Program-made: the position numbers and the translations under genes
Assembly (NCBI RefSeq): GCF_030684315.1
Contig: NC_081397.1
Location: 14,160,421-14,224,420, forward strand
Reading direction: 5' to 3'
DNA length: 64,000 nucleotides
DNA from: Stegostoma tigrinum
Taxonomy: Eukaryota
The notes under the pieces: model-generated
Databases searched by the model: none
Seen by the model: only the letters and a program-made list of their open reading frames with translations
Told to the model about the DNA's origin: nothing
In this document: piece after piece, positions 1 through 13,625 of the stretch
How positions within the stretch are numbered: position 1 is the stretch's first letter
Layout of the letters: the number at the start of each line of letters is the position of its first letter

Positions 1-199
1 CAACTGCAATACTGGCATTTATTTTGCCAGGAATTCAAGGCAGAAATTGACAAATTCTTGATCTCACAAGGAATCAAGGGCAACAGGGAGAGTGCAGGAA
101 AGTGGAGTTGAAATGCCCAGCCGTGATTTAAATGGTGGAGTGGACTTGATGGGCCAAATAGCCTCACTTCCACTCCCATGTCTTATGGTCTTACGGACT

Positions 200-810
200 T
201 GAATATGTAAAAAAGGATGTGCTTATGAGGCTTTAGAAGACTCGAGTCAGGCCACATTTGAAGTAGCATGTGCAGTTTTGGGCCCCATATCTCAGGAAGG
301 ATGTACTGGCCCTGGAGCAGTTTCAGAGGAGGTTCACGAGAATGGTCCCAGGAACGAAAAGCTGAACATTTGAGCAATGATTGAGGATTCTGGGACTGTA
401 CTCTTTGGAGTTGAGAAGGATGAAGGGGGATCTGATCAAAACTTAGTCTACTGAATGCCTGGACAGAGTGGATGTAGGGAAGATGCTTCCATTGGTAGGA
501 GAGACTAGGACCCAAGGGCACAGCCTTCAAGTAAAGGGCAGGCCTTTTAGAACAGAGATAAGGAGAAACTTCTTCAGCCAGAGAGCGGTGAATCTATGGA
601 ATTCACTGCCACAGAAGGCTGTGGAGGCCAGGTTATTGAGTGCATTTAAGGGTGAGATAGATAGGTTTTTGATTGTCAAGGGGATCAAGGTTATGGGGAG
701 AAGGAAGGAGAATTGGCTGAAGGAACTTCTCAGCCATGATTTAATGGTGGAGCAGACTTGATGGGCCAAATAGCCTGATTTCTGCTCCTATGTCTTATGG
801 TCTTATAGTA
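200..810 (+). mobile_element. CR1/HER1-type LINE 3' fragment
   Basis: ORF 468-761 has the CR1 ORF2 C-terminal motif 'TQGHSLQVKGRPFRTEIRRNFFSQRAVNLWNSLP'; ends in a 'tcttatggtcttat' tail. Confidence 0.85.
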
Positions 811-819
811 ACACAGTAT

Positions 820-1860
820 GGACATGGGCCCTTCCACCCAAACTGGTTCATGATGGCCATGGTGCCCACTCAGCTGGATCCAACTGCCCACATTATATCC
901 CTCGAAATCCTTCCCTTCCATGTACCTGTTCAAATGTTTTTTTTTAAAGTGTTGATATTGTACCTGCCTCAACAACTTTCTCTGGCAGCTGATTCCACAT
1001 GTGCTCCACTCTCTCTGTGAAGTTGGCACCCCTCAGGTCCTTCTTAAATTCTTGCCCTCTCACCTGAAACCTATGCCCTTCAGTTTTCAATTCCTCATCT
1101 GTGGGGGAAAAAAAACAAACATGATATGCATTTATCTGACCTATGGGCCTCATGATTTTATACATCTGAATAAGGTCACACTTCATTCTCCTACGGTCCA
1201 AGAAATAAAGTCTTACCCTGGCCAACATCTTGCTATAACTCAGGCCCACTAGTCCTGCATAAATCTTCTTTGAACACTTTCTAGTTGAACTAGGTCTTTT
1301 TTACAACAGGGTGACCAAAACTGTACACAATACTCCAAGTCTATTCTAAATGCCTCGATCAATGAAGGCCAGCATGCTGAATTCCTTCTTCAGCACCCTA
1401 CCCACCTGCGACACTGCTTTAACCAAACTACATACCTGTACTCCTTGGTCCCTCTGGACCACATCACTAATCAGGGACCTTACCAAATACTATACAAGGC
1501 TTACTTTAGTTTGACATTCCAAAGTGCAACACCTCACACCTATCTGCATTGAATTGCATTTTCCAATCCTTAGCCCACTTCCCCATCTGATTAAGATCCC
1601 TCTGTAATTTTCGATAACCTTCCCCACTATGAACGATACCGCCTAACATTGCAGCATCTGTAAACTTACTAATCATGCTTTGCACATTCACATCCAGATC
1701 ATTTATGTTAATAACAAATAACAAAGGTCCCATCACCAATCCCTGTGGCACACCACAAGTCACAGGCCTCCAGTCCGAGAAACAATCTTTAACTGTCACC
1801 CTCTGCTTTGTACCATCAAGCCAATTTTGAATCCAATGAGCTAGCTTTCCCTGTTCAAGT
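820..1860 (-). mobile_element. CR1 LINE reverse-transcriptase fragment (degenerate)
   Basis: RT motifs 'WRPVTCGVPQGLVMGPLLFVININDLD...ISKFTD' (1506-1913) and the C-terminal 'FTERVEHMWNQLP'. Confidence 0.88.
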
Positions 1861-2029
1861 GAGCCACAACACACTGCAGCATCGCGGAGTTTCATAAAGC
1901 CAAGGAAGAACACAGATAGTGTCTTTAGAAATGACAGTTACCCAAAATGCATTGTTCGCAGATGCCACACAACTGATGGCAACAGGAAGACACAACACAT
2001 CCAGTGATAGTAGTCACCAGACTATGCAC

Positions 2030-2580
2030 TGAGGGTGTGAAATAACCACTAGGTTACAGTACCGCGTAAGAATCATGATAGCCCACGAAGTGACAGCCGC
2101 TGTTGAGAATGAAGGATCCAACATTCACAATTAGCAGAAACAATGCGATTTACAAGATACCATGCAAATACTGCCAAATACCTTCCCTAAGGCAAACTGG
2201 TAGGAAACCCGCCATCAGGATTCATGGACATCAACTCGCTGCCAAAAGCCATGGCCAACTATCACTCACCTTAATGCACGTGGATAAAGAGGGACAGCAA
2301 TTTGACTGGGACAACGTAGCCATCAGAGGACATCCCAACCAAAGACATGCACAAGAATTCAAACTAGAACTCCATTAACAAACATGTCCAGCTGGACACC
2401 ACACACCAACCACTAAGAAACCAACCTGCAAGTGATGCTCACCACCCCAGCAAACTGAGGCACATAAATAGCAAGAAGGACAGAATACCAACGTTTCATT
2501 CACGGTGCACTGATGATGTGTAGTGTGGCGATGAAATGTCTGTGAACAAACTTACAAGCTCAGTGAGCAAGTCAACAGCA
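2030..2580 (+). mobile_element. Penelope-like element 3' fragment (degenerate GIY-YIG plus pLTR with hammerhead motif)
   Basis: 'NAIYKIPCKYC...QTGRKPAIRIHGHQLA...FDWDNV' resembles Penelope/Poseidon endonuclease; CTGATGA..GAAA-TGTC at 2510-2540. Confidence 0.75.
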
Positions 2581-2619
2581 GCGTATTTAATGAACTGACC
2601 TTGACATTTCAGTGAAAAC

Positions 2620-3210
2620 GATTATCAACATGTATCTGTCAATTTCCGCAATTTGGCTGTCACTGTGATCAAACTCTGTCAGTTTCTGCTTGGTGGCCAT
2701 GTGAGTGCAGTTATCAATAAGGACGTTTCAGATTCCGCTCTGTGAATGAGAGTAATTATCAAACCATACATGTCAGTCAGTTTATGCTGCGTATAACTGG
2801 GAAGGCTGATTCCAGCATTTGCAGTTCTTGCTATGTCCAAGGTTGTTATCAATCTGTTCCTGTCAAGTTCGTCCATTTGGATATGTGAGTGAAAGCAATG
2901 TGCACCTATCATTTGCTTCTCTGTCAATTTGAGCGTCCAGTTACCAAGATGTACCTGTGAGAACCTACTCTGAATATTTGAGTACAGTCAGCAATCCGTG
3001 CCTGTCTGTCTGTGGATTTGTGATTGCAGTTCTAAGTTTGTAGCTGTCACTTGATGCTCTGTGAAATTGGGAGTGTTATCATCAATATATTCCTGCCAGT
3101 TTCAGTCTCTGTGAATGCGAGTACAGCAATGAATATGTGCATAATAGTTTCTATTATGTGACTATGTGAACATTTTTAATCAACCTTTTACTTGCAGTTT
3201 CTGAAGTATT
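2620..3210 (+). repeat. Degenerate ~49-bp tandem satellite (AGTTATCAATCTGTACCTGTCAGTTTCTGCTCTGTGAAT...)
   Basis: Recurrent 'gttatcaat..tgtcagtttc..tgtgaat' units; the same family lies at 5300-5830, 6300-7140, 8200-8420, 13630-13900 and 30730-34180. Confidence 0.7.
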
Positions 3211-3744
3211 AATATGGTCAAATACCACTTTTTTCCTGTCTGACCCTGCAATATGAATGCTTGAGGTTAGGTATTTCTACTCCTAAAAGTGGATCAGTTG
3301 TCAGCCAGCCAGTAATATTATCGGTGGAGGTGTGATTCATTATGTGGAGTTGATATTTGAGTAATTCTATGCAGATTTCCTTCAATTCCTGATGGTATAC
3401 TTTGGACAAGGATTCAGTCTACCCATCTTCAAAAATGGTGTAAATGTCAATGGGTTATTTTAGGTGAAACCTGTTCGAACTGGGTATTTTGAATGGAGAG
3501 AGAAGCAAAATAAAGTGGCATTCCTCTGTGTTGTTTTATTGTCGGCTTTAACGTGTCTGACTGGAAATTAAAGCTCAACGTGTGTCTGATTCAATCTGCT
3601 CTGTGACTGGGGAAAGGATGTTCTCATGCTGTGATAATGGGAACATATCTGCTGTTTGTTAGGAGGAGCTTTGTACTGAAGAAATGATACATTGTCTTGT
3701 TCCTTCAAGTGTTTGTCTGCAGGAAGGAAAACACAGATAGCTCC

Positions 3745-4025
3745 TGTAAACCGTCATCAGATGGGTGTGAAAACATTTAACTGATCAATTCAACATTTAG
3801 CTAATAAACATTCAGATATTTAAATTATCACTAGGAATTCTAACAGAACTGTGGGTCTGATTGCACTCTTGCCCTGAGCTGCACTACATTTGGTCAATTT
3901 TTAAAACTTCAACTCTAATTGAGTGATGCACAGAAAGTAACCAACACCCGTACAGCTCCATGACTAGAACTACCTAATGCAAGCTTGTCTGTGCATATGA
4001 GTTTAGTTACTGATCCATTCATGTC
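3745..4025 (+). repeat. ~290-bp inverted repeat X (partner 6000-6290)
   Basis: 'ctcctgtaaaccgtcatcagatggg...gatccattcatgtca' matches the reverse complement of 6003-6290. Confidence 0.9.
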
Positions 4026-5299
4026 AGTTGCTACCTGTTGAATGTGTGTGTGTAGTTATCAATGTGTCCCTCTAAATCTTTGGCAAATTACTTCTGTATT
4101 ACACAGCAGAGACTGACATGGAAACATTGGTCCAGACCAATCATTGTAAAAATGGTACAGAACAGAAGGAGGTCATTTGGTGCATCATGTCCATGCTGAC
4201 CCAAACACCCCCAGATGGCCATCACAATCACATCTTACTGCACACATCCCATAGCCCTGCAGGTTTCATTCTATTATCCATCAGAACTTGGTCCATATGT
4301 GACAGACCATCAAAAGAGGAGAGCCAGATTATTTTGTGAAGAATTTGGAAACTAAAATTTAACACTGAGGACCGTTGGGTAAGTACCCAGGTTTTAGATA
4401 ATGAGATTTTTTTGAAAAGAACCGTTGTTATGGAACAAGATGGACAGCCACACTCCATTGATCTTTCAATCTTCCTGCATTCGAAAACTGAGCATTTTAA
4501 ATGTTTCATGTAAAGTGGAGAGCCAGTTACCATTTAAATTATTATTTTTTAAATAAATGTCCATGATTATAAAATCTTCTGGCGTACAACAGAACAAAAA
4601 AAAATCTAGTTCCACAAGATGAAGAATTTGAGAACAATCCTGCGATAAAGGTGGAGATGGTAGTTCCCCTGCCACCGTGATACATTTATGGAAATTGAAC
4701 GCTGGCTGAATGGATGTAATTATTGGCTTGTTGTTTCTAATCATTGCAGGCTTGGAGAGACAGGACTGTTTGCTGTGCTGTAGTTGTCTATGACTAGATA
4801 TGTGTGAGTGATAATCGTTTTGTATAGATCATGTTTCTGTTAGCTGGAGTTTAAATGGACTGTTCGTCCTTGGGTCACGTCTTTAGTTATGATGTCTGTA
4901 TTTTGAACTAGTTCTGAGTCAGTCAGTACCTGTATCTGTCAGTCCATCCACATGGAAACAAAGCTGAGTAATATTACAGGTCGCGTTGCACTTCCTCAGA
5001 ACTGAGGTTCAACTTCAGAACACTCATTTTCATACTCATATGCTGATAGACTTGCTGAGATTTTGCAGCAATTTCTAATTTTGTTTCTGATTTCCAGCAT
5101 CTGCAGTTCCTTGGTTTTTCTATTTGTCAGGAAAATGTGTTTGAAGTTCTCATGATTTATTTGTTATGTTTATATATGGGATAAATATTTATCAAAAGGA
5201 ACAATTCTGTCACGATCAGTTACTGGTAAACTAAAATGAAGTGTCACTCTCAACACAAAACCAAAGTTGTTGGAAAAGTTCAGCAGCCCTGGAGGCATC

Positions 5300-7140
5300 T
5301 GTACATGCAGTTATCAATTTATACTTGCTGGTTTCTATGATGTGAATATATGAATGTAATAACCAATTTATATCTGACAGTTTCTGTGGCATGAATATTT
5401 AAATACAGTTGTCATTCTGCCCCTGTCAGTTTCTTCTCTGTGAATGTAATCATCAATCCTTACCTGTCAATTTCAGCTTTTGTCAATATGTGAGCATAGC
5501 TATCATTCTGTCCTTGTCAGATTCTGCTCTGCAAATGACTGTAATTATCACATTTTACACAGTTCTGAGGAAGCATCACCAGACCTGAAACATTAACTGA
5601 TTTTCTCTTCGTAGGTGCTACCAGACCTGCTGAGCTTTTCCTGCATGTTCTCTTTTTGCTCCTGATTTACAGCATCCACAATTCTTTTGTCTTTTTATAT
5701 TAGATTTTACCTTTCAGTTTCTGCAAATTGAATGTGTGAATCCAGTTGTCAATCTATGTCAGTTTATGCTCTTCAATGAGTGTAGTTATCAATTTTCTCT
5801 GTCAAATTCTGCTTTGTAAATAACTAAGTATAGTTATCTCTTTGTTCTTTGTATATCAATAACTACACTCTTCTATTCACGTATCAGAAAATGACAGGGA
5901 TAATGACAATTAGGCACACATTCAGAATGCAAAAAAACTGACAGGTACAGATTGATAAATGTATGCACACATTATAAACATGTCAAGATTGAGATGAATG
6001 AAATGACATAAATGGATCAATAACTAAACTCATATGCACAGAAAAGCTTGCATTAGGTAGTTCCAGTCATGGAGCTGTATGGGTATCGGTTACTTTCTGT
6101 GCATCAATCAGTTGGAGTTGGAGTTTTTAAAATTGATCAAATGTAGTGCAGCTCAGGGCTAGAGTGCAATCAGACCCACAGTTCTGTTCGAATTCCTGGT
6201 GATAATTTAAGTATCTGAATGCTTATTAGCTGGATGTTGAATTGATCAGTTAAATGTTTTCAAACCCATCTGATGACGGTTTACAGGAGCTGTTTTTTTT
6301 TGTGTCAGTTTTTGCTACATGCCAGCATGAGCATATTTACCAATCTGTAACTTTCAGTTTCTCCCGTGTGTATCTGACAGTGTAGTTATAAATCTGTTGT
6401 AACAAGGCACAGAGCTGGATGAACACAGCATGCTAAGCAGCATCAGAGGAACAGGAAAGCTGATGTTTCGGGCCTGGGCCCTTCTTCAGAAAATTGAGAG
6501 TGTGGGAATACATTTATCATACTCTCCCCATCAGTTTCAGCTATACGAATGAATGAATGTAGTTGTCGATCTGTCCCTGTCAGTATCTGAAATCAGAATA
6601 TTCAAGCATGTTTGTGTAATTGTCAGTCTATCCCTAATAGTTTCTGCTCCACGAACGTGAGGTTTTGTTTTTAATATATTCCTGTCAGTTTCTGCTTGGG
6701 GAATGTGTGAGCACTTTTATAAACCTGTACCTATCAGATTCTGTGTCATCAAGACAGGAATTTAGTTATTAATCTGTACCTGTTAACTATGGTTTTGTGA
6801 AGAACTGGGTGTAGTTATTGATCTGCATTTGTCAGGAGCTGGCACGTGATGATGTGAGTGTAATTATCAATCTGTCCTTCTCAGTTTCTGCTGTGTCATA
6901 TGTGAGTTTAGTTGTCAATCAATACCCATCCATTCCTGCTTCATGAATGTGGGAGTGCATTGCAAAAAAAAATCAAATTTCTGTGAATGTGCAAATGCAG
7001 ATCACAATCTCTACATTTTTATAATGTGTGCATACATTTATCAATCCGTACCTGTCAGTTGTTTGGCATTCGGAACGTGTGCAGAACTGTCATTGTCCCT
7101 GCCGTTTTCTGATAGGTGAAGACAAGAGTGTAGTTATCGA
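5300..7140 (+). repeat. Degenerate 49-bp satellite array, interrupted by inverted segments and small Penelope-derived inserts
   Basis: Units such as 'gttattaatctgtacctgttaact' and 'gttattgatctgcatttgtcagg' recur at ~49-bp spacing in 6500-7140. Confidence 0.7.
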
Positions 7141-7159
7141 TATACAAAGAATAAAGAGA

Positions 7160-8203
7160 AGAAAGAAAATTACAGCAGAGGAAAATGCCCTTCCGCCCTC
7201 CAAGCCTGTGCCGATCGAGGTCCTCTGTCTAACCTGTCATCTATTTTCTAAGGGTCTGTGTCCCTTTGCTCCCTGCCCATCTATGTACCTGTCCAAATAT
7301 ATCTTAAAAGATGCTAACGTGTCTGCATCTACTACATCCGCTGGCAACGCATTCGAGGCACCCACCACCCTCTGTGTAAAGAACTTTCCACGCATATCTC
7401 CCTTAACCTTTCATCCTCTCACTTTGAACTCATGACCCTAGTAATTGAGTCCCCCACTCCGGGAAAAAGCTTCTTGCTATTCACCCTGTCTATACCCCTC
7501 ATGATTTTGTAGACCTCAATCAGAGCCCTGCCTCACTCTCCGTCTTTCTAATGAAAATAATCCTAATCTACTCAACCTCTCTTCATAGCCAGCACCCTCC
7601 ATACCAGGCAACATCCTGGTAAACCTCCCCTGCACCCTCTCCAAACCGTCCACATCCTTTTGGTAATGTGGCGACCAGAACTGTACACAGTATTCTAAAT
7701 GTGGCCGAACTAAAGTCTTATACAACTGTAACATGACCTGCCAACTCTTGTACTCAATACCCCGTCCGATGAAGGAAAGCATGCCATATGCCTTCTTGAC
7801 CACGCTATTGACCTGCATTGCCACCTTCAGGGAACAATGGACCTGAACACCCAGATCTCTCTGTTCATCAATTTTCCCTAGGACTTTTCCATTTACTGTA
7901 TCGTACGCCCTTGAATTAGATCTTCCAAAATGCATGACCTCGCATTTGCACGGATTGAACTCCATCTGCCCAACTCTCCAGTCTATTTATATTCTGCTGT
8001 CATCTCTGACAGTCTCCTTCACTATATGCTACTCCACCAATCTTAGTGTCATCTGCAAACTTGCTGATGAGACCACCTACACCTTCCTCCAGATCATTTA
8101 TGTATATCACAAACAACAGTGGTCCCAGCACAGATCCCTGTGGAACACGACCGGTCACAGGTCTCCAATTTGAGAAACTCCCTTCTACTACTACTCTCTG
8201 CCT
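7160..8203 (-). mobile_element. CR1 LINE, 5'-truncated (RT motifs through 3' tail)
   Basis: '[38 protein letters not shown]' and 'LYKTLVRPHLEYCVQFWSP'. Confidence 0.92.
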
Positions 8204-11200
8204 CAATGATATGTGATTGTCACTTTCTTCTCTATGGCTGTGAGAGTATTTTCTCATTTCTGCCAGTCAGATCTTGCCCTGTAAATCTGAGAAACTAATT
8301 ATTAAGCTATACCTGTCACTATCTGATTTGTAAATGCACTTATCATTCTCTCCCTGTCAAGTTTCTGCTGTGTAAATGTGCAAGTGAAGTTATCGATCTG
8401 TGACTGTCAGTTTCAGCTGAATATTGCACTTTCAAAATCTGCAGGTTTTCTTTGATGTTCAAATATCTGCTCATTAACATGAATAAGGTTTTATCTGCAG
8501 CTATGTAAGGTGCTGTAAGTGAAACCGTCAGTGTTTATACCATTCGCTAACTAGCAGTGCGGCTGAAGTTTGAGTATGTTCCACAATATTCATTCTATGG
8601 TACAGTTTAAGTTTTATTCTAATATTGGTCAGTCTCTGGTTTGAATGTGTTGAGTTTAATGTGCACATTTTTGTTCCAAGTTCACTGTATGAATCATTCT
8701 TAATTGTAAGTCAAAAAACTTGGTATCTGCTTGAATATATGTTATTTTCTGTCTGTTTTCAGGTCAATATTTAATTTCCTTCAGGTAGATTTAAAACTTT
8801 ATATTCGGCAGTGGGCTCTGCTATCCTGTTTGTGGGACAAACAAATTCAATGGCAATATAGGTTTCAATCTGACTCTTGTCCTGATGTGCAATTCCTCCA
8901 GTTTGTACAAAAGGGAAAAAAAACTTTAGTTACCCCTCTCAGTCTAAGAAACGGTGAGATATTTGGAGGTACAATGAATCTCTTGTTCAATCTACTACTT
9001 GGACTACTTCATGGGAAGTAATTATGTCAAAAAATTCATACAATTTTTTTGATGATGTCGCAAACAATTGATACTTAATTTATGACCATGGCCATTACCA
9101 TGTAGTTAAATCCTACAGGGAGTGCATGGAGATTGGAGAACTGAGCTCACTTTTTGTTCTGTTTGTCTCTTTCATAGAAGGCTAGCTCTCTGACCTGAAA
9201 TCCGAGAGTAGAAATCATTTTTAGTGTTACATGTGCTGAGGCTTGAAGTGTACATGGTCTTCATGGCTATTAGATGTTGAGGAATGTGTGTTGGAACGGT
9301 GCATGTATGTATTTGGAATACATTGTAAATCTCGCAGTAGGGGGCGTGTATGTGTGTGTGTGTGTGTGTGCGCACTTGTGCAGTTTATGTTATGTGCTCT
9401 CAGTAACTATTTTATGTCACACATTTGGAAGTCACATTATTTAATTCTTCTCTCTATGCCTGGGACATCAATTTGTCAAAACATAGACACAGTCCTGATC
9501 AGTTACTGATAATGTGAATGTTTTCTTCCATATCTGTACTCACACTGTGCAAAGTAACTGTGTAACTGCATGAACTATTTCTTCACCTTGACAGTAATTT
9601 TAAAAACCTGCTTACTAAATGCAGATTTACTGCAGTTCCTCGGTGTCCGTCTCACATGAAGATTCAGTCTGTGACTTCTCAAAAATGTTGTAAATGTCAG
9701 TAGGCTATGAATGAAGAAAATTATAGCAACTGTGGAGGTGTGCATTGGGAAGAGAGAAAACAAACTACTTGTATTTTGTTGCTTGTATTTGACTGTTGGC
9801 TTGAATGCATTTCTCTGGAAATTAAGTTCAACGTGTCTCTGAATCAGACTGCTCTTTGCCTGTGGAAATGATCCATTCTGACAGCGGTAACATACCTGCT
9901 GTTTGTGAGAAGCAGCTGCTCACACTTGGCTTTGCACCAAGGAAATGATACTTTGTCTTGGTCCTTCATGTATTTGCCTGGATGAAAACAGAAGAGAAAC
10001 ATTCTGTAAATCAGCATCAGCCAAGTTTGACAATCTCAAACAGATTAACGTACATTCAGTTGATAATTATTAGGATGTTTCTTTTCTTCAACTTCACCTG
10101 ACAATGTAGCAGAGCTCCAAAAGCTTGAGATTTTAAAATAAGCCTATTGGACTATAACACAAATCGTGAGACTTCTGCCTTTTCTTTGAAGCCATCAATT
10201 CAAACACAGGTCTAACTCAGCGAGGTCCAGAAACTGAACAATTGCACAGCTGCATCTAAAGGTGCTACCTGAGGATGCTGTAATATTGACACAGTTTGTG
10301 TCACCAGATCCCAACACACTAGCTGTTGTAAAGAAGAACAACAAACACTATTTCAAATGTTTTTACTCGAGACATATAATCCGTTGACTCCAATCTGCGT
10401 CCTTTACAGGATTCTTATATTTCCACCATCTTGTCTGTGTTTCCACTATTCATTGCACAATGACAATAAACATTGTGAAACAGTAGCCAAACAAGCAGCA
10501 TTTGGGGCAGGGCCACCAATGGCATGGACTGCTTTTCCCAATAATTCCCAACAACAAACATCAATGGGTCATTCCCTAATTCCCTTCTCTCCCACTGTGA
10601 AGAAAGCAACTGCGGCTGCGGGGAAAAGGGCAGAGAATGCTTCAAGCTGAGGCATCAGCCCTTTGTGGAGCAATAATAGAGCTCTTTCCCAGGTCATGTT
10701 AATAACTCCCTGTCTCCAGCTCTCTCAGAATTGAATGAGCAATGTTCGGGCTGCCCAAGTCTAAGAGACACCGAATGGCTGGCAGCTAAGCTGTTCCTCT
10801 AGCCCTGCTGCATATGACTGACACGTGGTTAAACAGAACGAATGAAAAAAGCCTGCTCCAGCATTTAACAAAGACACAATGGCACTTTTGAGAAGAGGTT
10901 ATTCCGAGGCAAAAGGGAGTTTTGCACAAACAACAGCTGCAAGATTTGTTGGAAACAGTTTGAAGATTTGCAACAAAGATTGAAGGGGACAGTAAGTTCA
11001 GCAATAAACAAACAGTTGAACTCATGGGATTATGGCTCATAAAAAAAATCTAAAGAATCAAACAAGTTCATTAAAATTGATAAGCAATTGATTTCAGTCC
11101 CTTTAATGAAAGGATGTTGTCCCATTAGATGAATATAGTTAGTTAGGACGAGGGGTGTCAATCATCCCAAAGACAGCTGGCCGAGCTCATCATGAAAACA

Positions 11201-12889
11201 GCAGATAACTCCATCTTGCAGCAATATTCACAATATTAAGAAATTGGTTCCAGTTAAAGATCCTTCAGATAGATTTCAATGTAATTCTAAATCTATATAT
11301 ATAAAATAAAATACAAATATCACTAAAAGCATTAGGGGAGAAGATTCAAACATGGGTATGAAAGTTAATTCGTCTCCAGGAGGTTTCCTATGTCACTAAA
11401 GGAATGCCTGGTGCATCCTGTAAGAAGCAAATGGCTCACAATTCATTAGCTATAACAGAGCTAAGAGTATGGGTACGCATAAAGCGTTACATATAACTCA
11501 CTTTATAATACAATTAATATCATGAATCTTATAGCAACTTGTAAGAATCAACTCAGCAATAGTAAGCCCTGCCAATGCTGCAGTTAGAGATAACACAATG
11601 TGGAGCTGGAGGAACACAGCAGGACAGGCAGCATCAGAGGTGCAGGAAAGTTTAAGTTGTGGGTCAGGATTCTTCTTCAGAAGCATCAACTTTCCTGCTA
11701 CTCTGATGCGGCCTGGCCTCCTAGTAGGAGTCAACTGTCCGTTTTATTATAATTCAGACGGTGGGAAAATAAGAGGAGTAACAGAATTTAATAGAGACAC
11801 AAAATTAATACAATGGACAGCAGAATTCAAGCTAGCCTGATAGGTCTGCGATTCTGGGGCATGACTGAAGGTGTACGGCCAGTAACTTTGAAAAGCGAAT
11901 TAATAGATGTATGGAAAGATCCCATGGCCTGGTGATTACATTGTCTGTTAATCATTATCAGATTGTGGTGAACCTTGGCCTGGCTAATAGAGGGCCCATC
12001 TTCAGTTAGGAGTTTCAAAGGATTGGTTGTATAGAATAAGGGGAAAGGCACAGTGATCCAGATGCATTGGATCACTGTAAAAAAATGTATAATATTGTAT
12101 TCCACTGTGAGAATCAGAGTGTCATCAATCTCTCTTTCCAATCTGAGATAAAGATTAATGATGTAACTGCATCTTCAAGAGGGGTGGCTGTGGCCCTCTC
12201 CCCGCATGATCTGGTGACTGGTTGATGAAATACTGCCATTAGCCTGAATTCTGCCTGCCCCGAGTCTTTGTCCTAGGTCTGGAGTTTCACTCCTGCAGGG
12301 AATCAAAGAAGTGGATTGAAAATTTGGCCCATTCAATTTACTCCACTGTACAATGACAATATCTGATCCAAGTGAGCTGTTAACTGTAGTATTCATTCAC
12401 CTTGACCTTTATCCCATAAATATTAATTCAATGTTGAAAGAACATACAGAGAAATGAAAGAAATGGGACATTCTCACTGAAGCAACACATAAGTATTGGA
12501 TGGCACCCTGTGTCACAGTGGTATCGAGATGGAAGTGGTCGTGGGCTTGGAAGGGTCTATGGAGCATTGGTGAATTCCAGCTGTGCATCTTCTGGAAGGT
12601 ACACATTGCTGCTTGAGCATTGGTGTTTGAGGGAATGGACATTTGCGGATGTGGAGCCAATCAAGTGTTTCTCTCCTGGATGGCATCTTGCTTCTGGTGT
12701 GTTTGTGGAGCTGCACTCATCCGGGTAAGTGGGGCTAAACCATCACATTCCTGACTTGATCACATTAGATGTTGGACAGGATTTGGGGAAGCAGGAGACC
12801 AGACACTCACTGCAGGATACCCAGAGTCTGACCTGTCCTTGCAGTATCTGTATTTATGTACAGAATCAGTTCGAGCATCACAGCGTCCA

Positions 12890-13625
12890 TGAGTGAAACA
12901 GAACGGGAACAGACCCTTTGATCCAACTGGTTTGCAATAGATTAACATCCCAATCTGACCTCGTCCCATTTGCCAGCATTTTGCACATATCCCTCTCATG
13001 TCGACCTGTTCATCTACCCGTCCAATGGTGTTTAAAACTTATCATCGTACCCTCCACAAGGCGTACCTCTGTCAGCCACTTCCATACATGCCGCACACAC
13101 TGCACTAAAAAAATCTCCCTGAGGTCTCTTTTAACATTGACCCTCTCACTGTAAACCTATGCCCTTAAGGTTTGGGCTCCTCCACCCAAGAAAGAGAGAC
13201 CATGGCTCTTCACCCTATCCATGCCCCTCATGACTTCATAAACCTCTACAAGGTCACCCCTCAGTCTCTGATGCTGCAGGGGAGAAAGCCCGAGCCTGTT
13301 CACCCTCTCCAAACAGTTCACACCATCTAGTCCAGCTAACATCTCTGTAAATATTTGCTGCGCCCTCTCCAGTTCAACAACTTCCTTCCGACAGCAGGTT
13401 GGCCAGCACTTTAAGCAGTAAAAAAGCACATTTCCTGTACAGCCACAACATGACATCTCAACTCCTATTCTCAATGCACTGACCAATGAAGGCAAACACT
13501 TGCTTCACCACCTTATCCACTTGCAACTCCACTTTCAATGAACTTCGCACACAAACACCTTGGTGTCTTTGTTGGGGAACACTTCCCATGGCCCTCCCAT
13601 TAACTGTCGAACCCCTCTCCCGTTT
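12890..13625 (-). mobile_element. CR1 LINE 3' fragment (old)
   Basis: 'LERAQQIFTEMLAGL...RLRGDLVEVYEVMRGMDRV'. Confidence 0.8.

Noticed and set aside
9349-9371. (TG)n tract differing between arms; (CA)n at ~53260-53291
   Set aside because: Ordinary microsatellite slippage
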